Part shown: piece by piece, positions 9,347 through 19,900 of the stretch | How positions within the stretch are numbered: the first letter of the stretch is position 1 | Layout: each line of letters begins with the position of its first letter | NCBI GenBank assembly: GCA_965140785.1 | Contig: OZ223512.1 | Coordinates: 1-20,285 of the forward strand | Length of the DNA: 20,285 nt | DNA from: an uncultured Ruficoccus sp. | GTDB taxonomy: Bacteria; Verrucomicrobiota; Verrucomicrobiia; Opitutales; Cerasicoccaceae | Reading direction: 5' to 3' | Position numbers and translations under genes: made by a program | Notes under the pieces: model-generated | Databases searched by the model: none | The model's input: only the letters and a program-made list of their open reading frames with translations | Told to the model about the DNA's origin: nothing

Positions 9347-9590
9347 TTGCCGAGACTTGTTTGTTATAAAAAAGTAGAGGTCTCGGTAAAGTCTAGTTAG
9401 AATGACTTTTTTTGTGCTTTTTTGATTCCTATGGAAAACAAAAAAGCACTTAAATGTTGATTTTAAGTGCTTTTGATTTTGTTTGGATTTCTCCTGGTGC
9501 CCAGTAAAGGTGCACGATTTATTTTGTAATGCGCTAAATATCAGTGATTTTGTTTGCTTTTTGTTTAATGGTCCCTTTCCGGTAACTCTA
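9347..9590. mobile_element. att-like site, copy B: arm-like motifs + hairpin + core CTGGTGCCCAGT (9494-9505) + IHF-like box (9539-9551)
   Basis: Homologous to 1201-1370. Inverted pair TTGCCGAGAC (9347-9356) / GTCTCGGTAA (9380-9389). CGCTAAATATCAGT (9532-9545) matches CGCTATAAATCAGT (1316-1329) at nearly the same distance from the core. Confidence 0.75.
9442..9474. terminator. Inverted repeat AAAAGCACTTAAA / TTTAAGTGCTTTT; probable intrinsic terminator in att-like copy B
   Basis: 13-bp perfect stem identical to the inner stem of copy A; the 7-nt loop has diverged (TGTTGAT vs ATATTTA). Confidence 0.65.
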
Positions 9591-9969
9591 TAATTACGAG
9601 TTGTTTAATAATTCAAATATCGACTAAATGTACTAAATTTTATGCAGATATGAGAACGTTGTTGTAAGTGGTGAGAAGTTAATAAGTTTGATTTTAAGAG
9701 ATTCTTCGTTTTGCTTAGCCAAGTTTGTGTTGAAGCTAAACCCTTCTTTTGCGCTGTAGAAGGAATAAATTTTGATTTTTATTCAATTTTTTTTATAAAA
9801 TGTATTAGCATGATTTGAACCATTTAATGATAGAGTTGAAGCTTCGGGGAGACTTTCTGTCTCTATAGAACCTGTATATTTGCGAATGGAATGTACTTTG
9901 TTCAATATTACTTCCTATCTAATAAACTCAGAGATTATGTTCTAAATCTTATGAATAATATTGTGCATC

Positions 9970-10265
9970 AATCTACCAATTGATTTCAAGATATTAAGAA
10001 TGTTTTCTCCAGCGCCTAGATTCTTTTTTTCCTTAATCGATAGCGGACCATATCAATACTTTTTTTGGGGGAAAAGTTAGCGCTGCAATTTCTTTTGTTG
10101 AAAGGTTTAATTTTAAAAAGGCGCATAACTTTCTTTCATTAGTTGATAAATCAGGATATGCTCTGTCAAGATTAGTATAAAAATCATCGAAAACAGCATT
10201 AAAATGTGTTTCAAACTCATTCCATACACTTTTTGAATCCCTCAATTATTTCAGTAATTTTTTTA
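9970..10265 (-). pseudogene. Remnant of a LuxR-type C-terminal HTH regulator (truncated and frameshifted)
   Basis: WNEFETHFNAVFDDFYTNLDRAYPDLSTNERKLCAFLKLNLSTKEIAALTF, continuing in another frame as KSIDMVRYRLRKK. Similar to the C-terminus of 12269-12826. No N-terminal part found. Confidence 0.8.
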
Positions 10266-10673
10266 ATCTAAAACAGGTTGCACTCCCAGCGAATTTCTAA
10301 AACTGAACTAGGATGGCGTTAAATTGCTGTTTGTGTGGTAGATTGATCAACGAAATTAAGTAAGTTGAGGTCGGTTTCTTTTTCAGGAGATACCATTAAT
10401 TCTGGAAGGGAAATAATTCCGTTTTGCGAAACATTGATAGATATTTCCAAACTTCAGTGCTAATTGATTCAAAATAGGCTACCGGTTAGAACTTTAAAAT
10501 CTTAAAAACTTCGACAAACCTTTCTTTATTGAGGGGAGGAATGCGTTTGCCCGCTTTGCGAAACATGAGCTTTTAAGCCCCTGATTCATGTAATTATTCA
10601 AAAAAATGAAACTATTAGATTTTATTAATTGTCTTTTTTTAATTTCGCGACGCTAAGCTATTACATGTAAATT

Positions 10674-11603
10674 ATGATAAAAACATCAGAAAAAATAATC
10701 AAAGTAGAATCGATTACGACATTACATAACATGTTGGATGTTGAGCCTCCCCAGCACTCGTTAATTAGTGTGGTTGATGTATCGAAGTTAAAAATTACAG
10801 AAGATTTAGTTGGTGTTAAAGTTAGTGCTGATTTTTACTACATCGGATTAAAAAATGCCGAATGTGGTTCCCATTACGGAAAAAACGATTATGATTTTGG
10901 TGATGGAGTCTTGGCTTTTACAGCACCACGTCAGGTTATTGCGGCAAAATCAACAACTGATTTTGATCAGGAGCAAGGTTGGATGTTGTTTTTTCATCCG
11001 GATTTAATACATGGAACTTCTTTAGGCGAAAATATTGGTAAATATTCGTTCTTTAATTATGACACTAACGAGGCTCTTCACTTGTCGGATAATGAGAAAA
11101 AAACATTGAATGATTGCACCCGAAAAATAAAAGAAGAATTAACGGTTGTTGGTGATAATTACAGTCAGGATATAATTATTTCAGGCTTAGAATTATTATT
11201 AAACTATTGTATGAGGTTTTATGCCCGGCAGTTTCGTACTAGAGAAAAACAAAATAGGGATATTCTTGAAAAAGTTGAGAGTGTGTTAGAAGAACGTATG
11301 AAAGGTGATCAACTTGAGAAATATGGTTTTCCTTCAGTTTCAGATCTGGCTGAAAAAGTAAATTTGTCGAAGAATTATCTGAGCGATCTGCTCCGAAAAG
11401 AAACCGGGCAAAGTGCGAAAGAACATATTAATGATGTTTTGATAGATAGAGCGCAATCTAAATTATTGTTGAACACAGAAGAGTCAGTTGCCGAAATAGC
11501 CTATTCTCTAGGGTTTAAATATCCACACTATTTTAGCCGGCTGTTTAAAGCCCAAACTGGTTACACTCCTCAGCAATACCGAAAATTGAAACAACATAAT
11601 TAA
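10674..11603 (+). CDS. AraC-family transcriptional regulator
   Basis: YGKNDYDFGDGVLAFTAPRQV and GWMLFFHPDLI in the N-terminal domain; C-terminal HTH NLSKNYLSDLLRKETGQS...VAEIAYSLGFKYPHYFSRLFKAQTGYTPQQYR. Confidence 0.93.
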   Translation: MIKTSEKIIKVESITTLHNMLDVEPPQHSLISVVDVSKLKITEDLVGVKVSADFYYIGLKNAECGSHYGKNDYDFGDGVLAFTAPRQVIAAKSTTDFDQEQGWMLFFHPDLIHGTSLGENIGKYSFFNYDTNEALHLSDNEKKTLNDCTRKIKEELTVVGDNYSQDIIISGLELLLNYCMRFYARQFRTREKQNRDILEKVESVLEERMKGDQLEKYGFPSVSDLAEKVNLSKNYLSDLLRKETGQSAKEHINDVLIDRAQSKLLLNTEESVAEIAYSLGFKYPHYFSRLFKAQTGYTPQQYRKLKQHN

Positions 11604-12268
11604 TGTAGAAACTGTCCACAAGGGATTCTTGTAAATCTGGTTTTCGGAGGAATTTTCTTTGTTAAAGATTTCTGGGTGCAGTTATTGGTGAAATAGGTTG
11701 TTTTCTTTTAATAACCATTGTTTTATCATTGATCTCAGAATGGTCGTAAAAGCATTTGCCTAATTTGTATAAGTTACATTATGGCAGGAAATAAATTTTG
11801 TAGAAGTAATATTTCTTCAATCTCTGCTGAAAAAAGATAATATGTGTTATTGTTTCTGTGATATGTGTTGTGGCAAGTTGTAGTCAAACGATATTTTTGT
11901 GTATGAAATGATGTAAAACGGAGAGATTGTAATATACGGGCCTCCAATGAAATGCTTGTTTCATGATATAGGTTTAATATGTTAAATATTAATATGTGTT
12001 GTGTTAAAAATTGTTATACTTTTTATTGTTGTATAAATTATTATCATAATACATAATCGGTAATGAAGAAGAATGGAGAAAAACTTTTTATTCATATTTA
12101 TTTCCACACTATTTTTCTTCAGCTGTTTCTAAATGTAATTTTCTTATGGAATATAATTTTTCAAATACCAGGACAAATTGTAACCCGATTCGGGGAAAAC
12201 TATAAAACAGGCAGATAACCTCAAAACTACATTGTTTTACAAACCAAACTCAAAAAGCGTTTATCCTG

Positions 12269-12826
12269 ATGGACTACTTGTTTTCAGCATTAATTCTATT
12301 ACTAATACTTATTATCTCGATTACATTTATTGTATGTGTGCATAAGAATCATAGACTTAATAAGTTGTATGTTGAAAATCAGCAACTTGCTAAACTTACA
12401 GAGTTGCACGAAAAGGAATTGGCTGCTAAAGCACTACAATTGGCAAATATGAATGAGAAGTTAATGTCAACCTTAAAAAGAATAAAGAAATTGCCCATTC
12501 AGGAAGGAAAAACCAATGAAAAAGAACGAAAAAGCATAATGAGTGATATTCAGCTGAATCTGCCGGAAGAAGCCTGGAAAGAATTTGAAACAAGGTTCAG
12601 CGAATTAAATAGTGTTTTCTACAGAGAATTACTCGACAAATGTCCCGCACTTACCCCTACAGAGCTAAGAATTTGTGGAATGCTTCGTTTAAATCTAACA
12701 TCAAAAGAAATTGCACTTATTAGCAACCGCAGTTTAGGTACCATTGAAAATTCCAGAAGTAGCATTCGTAAAAAATTGGATCTTAAGGATGATGACAACC
12801 TGGCGACGTATCTGATAAACATATAA
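12269..12826 (+). CDS. Membrane-anchored LuxR-type HTH transcriptional regulator, 185 aa
   Basis: N-terminal hydrophobic helix (LFSALILLLILIISITFIVCV), coiled-coil-like segment, then WKEFETRF...PALTPTELRICGMLRLNLTSKEIALISNRSLGTIENSRSSIRKKLDL. Confidence 0.85.
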   Translation: MDYLFSALILLLILIISITFIVCVHKNHRLNKLYVENQQLAKLTELHEKELAAKALQLANMNEKLMSTLKRIKKLPIQEGKTNEKERKSIMSDIQLNLPEEAWKEFETRFSELNSVFYRELLDKCPALTPTELRICGMLRLNLTSKEIALISNRSLGTIENSRSSIRKKLDLKDDDNLATYLINI

Positions 12827-13137
12827 TTCTGTTTTACATATCAGTTGGCAACGTTAGCTAACTTCTGTTTATATCGGCCCTGAAGTCTATCCGGAGTTGA
12901 GCACCGAAACCGATCGCGAACCGGAATGTATATTAAAAAACTTGGTTATTGTAGTCGAAACAGAATTGAATTTCATTATAAGTATTTGGTACATAAACAG
13001 ATTATTATGTAATTCTAACGTTTACATGTGTATGCAGGGAGAAAACTCTTCGTTTGAAAAGATTTCTATCGCTGTTGAGATGAAAAAAAGAATCAGTTAT
13101 TTGCAATGAAATGTAGCGAAGAATCTCATTTTTTTGG

Positions 13138-13166
13138 CAATTTAACCGTACACCACGGTTAAATTG
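13138..13166. terminator. Perfect 12-bp inverted repeat with 5-nt loop; terminator or operator
   Basis: CAATTTAACCGT-ACACC-ACGGTTAAATTG followed by a T-rich tract. Confidence 0.5.
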
Positions 13167-13217
13167 TTTATTTTTTATTAGAGGAGAAGTATTATTTTAT
13201 TTTCTGCCTACAAGGAA

Positions 13218-13320
13218 TCAGTGATACTTACCCTTCGTATCAGTAATTCTTACTATCCCTATCAGATGTATGTATTTTTTTGTCAGTAATTTATACTGTT
13301 TTTGTCAGTATTATTTACCT
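13218..13320 (+). repeat. Five phased direct repeats (core TCAGTA, period 21-22 bp); probable transcription-factor binding array
   Basis: TCAGTG 13218, TCAGTA 13240, TCAGAT 13262, TCAGTA 13283, TCAGTA 13305; four of five are followed by TAC about 11 bp later. Confidence 0.7.
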
Positions 13321-13565
13321 CCAGTCTTTCATGTTTTCTGATTATCTAAAAATGTAAGACTAATTTTATATGACTTTGTACTGTTCTGAATAATAGGTGG
13401 TTAGATTTTTATTATTCCCCATTTGTGAGGTTTTTATGAGGGGGCTGTTTTGCTGATTCTACAAATATAGGAGGTATTCATGAGGCAATAAATACGGTGA
13501 ACGTTTTGAAGTTCATTTTATTAGCTGTTACCTAAATTCAAAATTAATTATAAAAAAATCAAAAT

Positions 13566-13784
13566 GTGGAAAAATCTACCCCGGCTTCAGAAGAAAAAAA
13601 TACAGGAGCAGAAGAAAAAAAGGAGCACGAACTTTATGAGCAAGCTTGTGCGTTACGTAGTTTGGCCTATAATGTTCTTATACATAGAGGATTATTCAAG
13701 GGGAGTGAAAAACAAAAAGAGAATAAAAAAGATACTATTTGGTATAGGCTAAAAAAAATACTCGATATCTATTCTTTAATGTAA
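13566..13784 (+). CDS. Small hypothetical protein (72 aa) upstream of the adhesin
   Basis: ORF with a charged, helical-looking sequence after an A-rich leader; no recognised domain; overlaps an alternative 62-aa frame. Confidence 0.3.
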   Translation: MEKSTPASEEKNTGAEEKKEHELYEQACALRSLAYNVLIHRGLFKGSEKQKENKKDTIWYRLKKILDIYSLM

Positions 13785-13912
13785 TTAGCTATTTGAGCAA
13801 CAATGTAATGGAGATTTTATATGTGCTGCCGCATCTAACACAATTTGTATTCTACAGATTTGATAAAAGCGTTTGAACAAGAATAAACTGAAAACATAAA
13901 TACAAACGAATT

Positions 13913-16900
13913 ATGATTTACAAATTTACTTTATTATTAGGACTACTGCTATTTACAGGGTTAACCCCTTTGTTTGCAGACGATCCACCAGTAATGAGTG
14001 GAAACGAAACTTCTTCTCCGCAATATTTTACGGAAACGAATACACCGGTGGCTCTATTTCCGGATTTCACGATTAAAGATTTAGAAGATGATGATATTAA
14101 AGGTTTGACTATCCATTTTAGCTCCGGTTACCAGAGCAACCAGGATACTTTGCTTTTTACAAACACAAGCAAAATAGAAGGACATTTTGATGATACGCAA
14201 GGAGCACTAGTATTATTAGGCGATGCTTCTCCTGATGAATACCAGGCAGCCATGCGAAGTATTACCTATGTAAACAATGCACCTTTATTTAGTTTAATAG
14301 ATGGCAGCCAGCGTGAATTTACCATTTCACTGGCTAATGACAATTATTTCTCACAAGATTTAAAGTTGGACAATGGTCACTTCTATGAGTATGTAAATAC
14401 TCCCGTTGAATGGATTGAGGCTAAGGCCGCTGCCAGTGCTAAAACCTATTACGGATTGAAAGGTTACCTCGCTACGGTTACCTCTGAAAATGAGAAAGAC
14501 TTTATTCTGAGCATATCAGATGGAACTGAGCAAGCTTTGTGGTTAGGAGGTTCAGATGAAGCAATACCGGATACATGGAAATGGGTAACCGGCCCGGAGG
14601 ATGGTACAATCTTCTATCAAAACGGAGCAGTAGTTAGTGGCAAGTATGAAAACTGGTCTACTGGTCAGCCGGATGACGCAGGGAGTGTAGAGACGAGTTT
14701 GCAATTTTTCACTTCAAACGGCACATGGAATGACAGGCAAAATGGCTATACGTCTGGATATATCGTCGAGTATGGCGGAATGGATGGCGACCCAACTATC
14801 AATATGACGACAACTACAACGCTAAAAATTGATGTAGTTCGGCCGGAAGCCCCTGGAGGAATAGTTGACAATTTACGTGTATGGTTTAATGCCAACAGTG
14901 GCACTTCAATAACCAACGGAAATATTACGAGTTGGGAAGGCCAAAAGCCATATGGTGTAAATACAACTACTGTAAATGATGTTGCAGGAGATCCCTCAGT
15001 AGTTCCCAACAGTGCAAACTACAACTCGGTGGTGTCTTTTGATGAAGATGATGCGATACGAACTACTTCCAGAGTACCTTATACAACTTATTTTAATGCA
15101 AGCTCTGATCGTAATACCACATTTTTAGTAAAAAAATCTACGAAAGGTAACGTTGAAGCAGGCTATGCCTATGCGAATGGCGTCACTACTGAAAGAGCTG
15201 GTTATTTCGAAAGGGCAGCTGGTTATCAACGTTCAGATTATGGTAAAGATAAAACTATATTAGCTGGAAGTACAACTATGATCAATAAGTATATTATTGC
15301 CAGACAAGATGTGCAACCTGGTGATTTTTCTCTTTATTTGGATGGTGCGTTGGAGAGACAGATCGATAAATTCAGTTCACTGGCTGGTAGTTCCGAAGGT
15401 TATTTAGGCTTTGGAGCCAACCCGGATGATTTTTCATTCCAATCTGCTACAGATATCGCTGAATATATTATTTATGCCTCAGATCTTTCTCCAACAGAAA
15501 TAAAAGAAGTAGAATCTTACCTGGCGCTTAAATACGGTATATCCTTAAATCAGACAGTTGCTACCAATTATCTGGCTTCTGATGGTACTGTTATTTGGTC
15601 GGCTACTGATAATGCCGGCTATGCTACTGATATTTTTGGTATTGGGCAAGATAACGCATCTGGCCTTAATCAAAAAGTATCACGATCTGTAAATAACAAT
15701 AACAGCCCTGTTCTTTCAACAACAGCTAACTTTTCATTGTCGAATGCCGATGCAAGCCGAACAGCACTTGGCGAAGGTAATTTTATGGTGATGGGACACA
15801 ACAACGGGACCGAAAACTCATTTACATCAAGCTTTAACGGCGGAACCAATAACCGTACTGATCGTGTTTGGAAAGTAGATGAGACCGGTACGGTAGGAGA
15901 GGTGTATTTTGCCATCCCCTATGCTGCCGTAACATTTCCTTCGGGAGGAACACCTTCGGTTATTATTTCGGATGATGAAAATTTTGATGACCAGGATCAG
16001 GTTCTGCCGTTGACCTACAACCGTACTCAGGGCGGGTATTATGCAAGAATTAATCCGGGTGATGGTGATTATATTGCATTGGCAATAAGTGAAATTTCTG
16101 TGACTTTACCAACCTTTTACAGGACGGAATCTATCGGAGATGAGACAACAGGAATTACATCGTATCCAAGTTATTCCGATTTTATAAACAATACAAACAG
16201 TACATACACAACTTTTTCTCAGCATTGGAATTTCGATGATAGCTTTTTTGCCGATGGCGTATATTTTTACCGAACCAATAATGCAAAAACAACGGTAACG
16301 CGTTATCCGAGTCTTGCAGATCTGGCTGCTGGAACTAACGGAATAGTATATAACTTTACAAGCGGAGGAAGCCCTCAGGATTGGAATGACGATGACGAAT
16401 TCTTTGCATCAGGAGATCAGTTCTTCAGAACCGCTTCTTCTAACTCTCTCGAAAAATCAACCGGTTTAACAGCATATAATTCGTTTGCTGATTTAATGAC
16501 GAATACAAATGGAACATTCTACGCGTTTACGGTAAACTTTAATTTTGAGGATCAGTTTTTTCATGATGGAGAATATTTCTACCGAACAAATACACACCAG
16601 AGTAATAATACTCAATTTGGAGTAGCACGGTATGCATCTTTAAGTGACTTAGTTGCGAGTAAAACCATAGATTCTCCGACTTTCGGTCCATGGTCTACAA
16701 ATGATGATATTTTTGCAGTAGGAATTACAGCATCGTTTTCGGTAAGTAAAGATACATTAACCATGGCTGAAAATGCCGGAAAAGGAGAGTTTACTGTTGT
16801 TTTAGATGCCCGGCCATCTACCGATGTTGTTTTAGATATTGCAAGCGATGATACAAATGAGGCAACAGTTGATAAAGGCCAATTAACTTTTACTCCTGAT

Positions 16901-19900
16901 AATTGGAAGGTGGCTCAAACCATTACTGTAACAGGAGTAGATGATTATATAATCAGGAATGATTCGGCGATAGTTACCGTTTCAGTGAATACATCTAGTG
17001 ATAATACTTTTGCTGCATTAGCAAATCAATCAGTAGAGATTATATTAGAAGATGATGATGTAGCAGGTTTTACTCTTAGTGAATCAGCATTAACGATTGG
17101 CGAAAATGCCGGAACCGGAACATTTACCGTTGTTTTAGATGCACAGCCATTGAATGATGTCGTTTTTAAAGTTACAAGCGATGATACGAATGAGGCTACA
17201 GTTGAAGAATCAACATTAACCTTTACAACGGCCAACTGGAATACACCACAAGCAGTCACTGTTACTGGTGTGAATGATAATATTGACCGTAACGATAACG
17301 CCACAATCACTGTTTCGGTAGACGATGCATCCAGTGATGATTATTTTGATGCCTTGGATGATCAAAAAGTGGCAATCACTTTAACCAATGATGATACAGC
17401 TGGTTTTACGGTAAGTGAAACAAATCTAACAGTACCCGAAAATGCGGGAACAGGTACCTTTACGGTGGTTTTAAATACAGAACCAACAACTGATGTTGTT
17501 CTTGATGTTGTATCCGATAAAACGGCTGAAGCTACGATAGATAAGTCAACACTGACCTTTACATCGGCTAATTGGGACACGCCGCAGACGGTGACAGTTA
17601 CTGGTGTGGATGACGATATCGATAGAGATGACACGGCAACAATCACTGTTATGGTGAAGGATGCTTCCAGCGATGACCCTTTCGATGCGCTGACTGATCA
17701 AACTGCAGGAATCACCCTGACCGATGATGATACAGCTGGTTTTACGGTAAGCAAAATAGCCTTAACAATTGATGAAAATGCAGGAACAGGCAGCTTTACT
17801 GTAGTTTTAAATTCAGAACCGACAAGTGACGTTGTTTTTGATGTTACGAGCGATAAAACGGATGAAGCTACGATAGATAAGTCAACACTGACCTTTACAT
17901 CGGCTAATTGGGACACGTCGCAGACGGTAACAGTTACTGGTGTGGATGACGATATCGACAGAGATGACACGGCAACAATCACTGTTGCGGTGAAGGATGC
18001 TTCCAGCGATGACACTTTCGATGCGCTGACCGATCAAACCGTAGGAATCACCCTGACCGATGATGATGTGGCACCAACAGTTTCTACATCTGCGGTTTCT
18101 TCTATCACTTCAAGCTCAGTAACTATGGGAGGTGATATGTCAGATAAAGGTAGTGCTGATGTAACCGAAACCGGGGTTGTCTATTCTTCGATAAACGCAT
18201 CTCCCGAGATAGGAGGAGCAGATGTAACGCAAGATTCAAATGGGGCAGCGACTGGAATTTTTAGTGAAACTATTGGTTCACTTGCTCCCAATACCACTTA
18301 CAACTTTCAGGCGTATGCAATTAATAGTGCAGGAACGAGCTATGGTGGGGTTCAAAGTTTTACAACCAAACAAACTCAAACCATTACGTTTAATTCTCTT
18401 TCAGATAAAGCGTATGGTAACAGTGACTTTGATCCTTCAGCTACGGCAAGTAGTGGTTTAACGGTCTCTTATAGTAGTTCTAATACATCTGTGGCCACTA
18501 TTGTGGCCGGAAAGATTCATATTGTTGGAGTTGGTTCATGCACTATTTATGCTGACCAAGCCGGTGACGACACTTATGATGTGGCAGCCCAGGTTTCGCA
18601 AGGATTAAACATCACTCAAAAAGAAATAACGGTAACAGCAGATGCCGGTCAGACAAAAGTTTACGGAGATGCAGATCCGACTTTCACTTACACTACGTCA
18701 GCAACATTGGAAAGTGGCGATTCTTTCACCGGAGCACTTTCAAGAGCAACAGGAGAAGATGTAGGAAGTTATGCTATTACAATCGGAACACTGAGTGCCG
18801 GATCGAACTACGATTTAACTTTCGTGAGTAAAGACTTTAGCATCACTCAAAAAGCAATAACAGTAACCGCTGATGCAGGTCAGACAAAAGTTTACGGAGA
18901 TGCAGATCCGACATATACTTACACGGCATCTTCAGCATTGGAAAGCGGTGACTCATTTAGCGGAGTACTATCAAGAACAAGTGGAGAATCTGTAGGTTCT
19001 TATGCCATTTTACAGGGAACACTGAGTGTCGGATCGAACTACGATTTAACTTTCGTGAGTAAAGACTTTAGCATCACTCAAAAAGCAATAACGGTAACAG
19101 TTGATGCCGGTCAGACAAAAGTTTACGGAGGTGCAGATCCAACATTTACTTACACGGCATCTTCAGTATTGGAAAGCGGTGACTCATTTAGTGGAGTACT
19201 ATCAAGAACAAGCGGAGAATCTGTAGGTTCCTACGCCATTTTACAGGGAACATTGAGTGCCGGATCGAACTACGATTTAACTTTTGTGAGTAAAGACTTT
19301 AGTATCACCCAAAAAGCAATAACGGTAACAGCTGATGCCGGTCAGACTAAAGTTTATGGACAAGCAGACCCGACTTTCACTTACACCACGTCAGCAACAT
19401 TGGAAAGCGGTGATTCATTTAGTGGAGTACTATCTAGAACAAGTGGTGAGTCTGTGGGTTCTTATGCCATTTTACAGGGAACACTGAGTGCCGGATCGAA
19501 CTACGATTTAACTTTCGTGAGTAAAGACTTTGCAGTTACACAGAAACAAATAACCATAACAGCAGATGCCGGTCAGACAAAAGTTTACGGAGATGCAGAT
19601 CCGACATTTACTTACACGGCATCTTCAGCATTGGAAAGCGGTGACTCATTTAGTGGAGTACTATCAAGAACAAGCGGAGAATCTGTAGGTTCCTACGCCA
19701 TTTTACAGGGAACACTGAGTGCCGGATCGAACTACGATTTAACTTTCGTGAGTAAAGACTTTGCAGTTACACAGAAACAAATAACCATAACAGCAGATGC
19801 CGGTCAGACAAAAGTTTACGGAGATGCAGATCCAACATATACTTACACGGCATCTTCAGCATTGGAAAGCGGTGACTCATTTAGTGGAGTACTATCAAGA

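Larger units (their letters stand above)
1277..9505. mobile_element. Putative degenerate or non-autonomous integrative element (8,217 bp core to core) carrying an RND efflux module
   Basis: Direct 12-bp cores at 1277-1288 and 9494-9505, an identical 14-bp motif just inside each end, and an integrase-like N-terminal remnant next to the right end. No intact recombinase ORF inside. Confidence 0.65.

Noticed and set aside
9494..9560. Complete tRNA gene at either core
   Set aside because: Only the last ~10 nt are tRNA-like; no T-loop, anticodon arm or D-arm can be folded.
10423..10566. 12-bp direct repeat TTTGCGAAACAT at 10423 and 10555
   Set aside because: Only two copies 132 bp apart with nothing recognisable between them; insufficient support for a target-site duplication or operator.
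12619..13109. ORFs 12619-12822 (minus) and 12897-13109 (plus)
   Set aside because: The first is antisense to the LuxR-type gene; the second has a TTG start and no protein-like features.
13218..13320. Possible CRISPR array or plasmid iterons
   Set aside because: The period is only 21-22 bp with degenerate units and no spacers; no cas or rep gene in the window.
14746..18461. Short ORFs 14746-15009, 15670-15915, 17026-17310, 17362-17646, 17698-18015 (minus) and 18240-18461 (plus)
   Set aside because: Antisense or off-frame shadows of the adhesin ORF; their repetitiveness mirrors the Calx-beta units.
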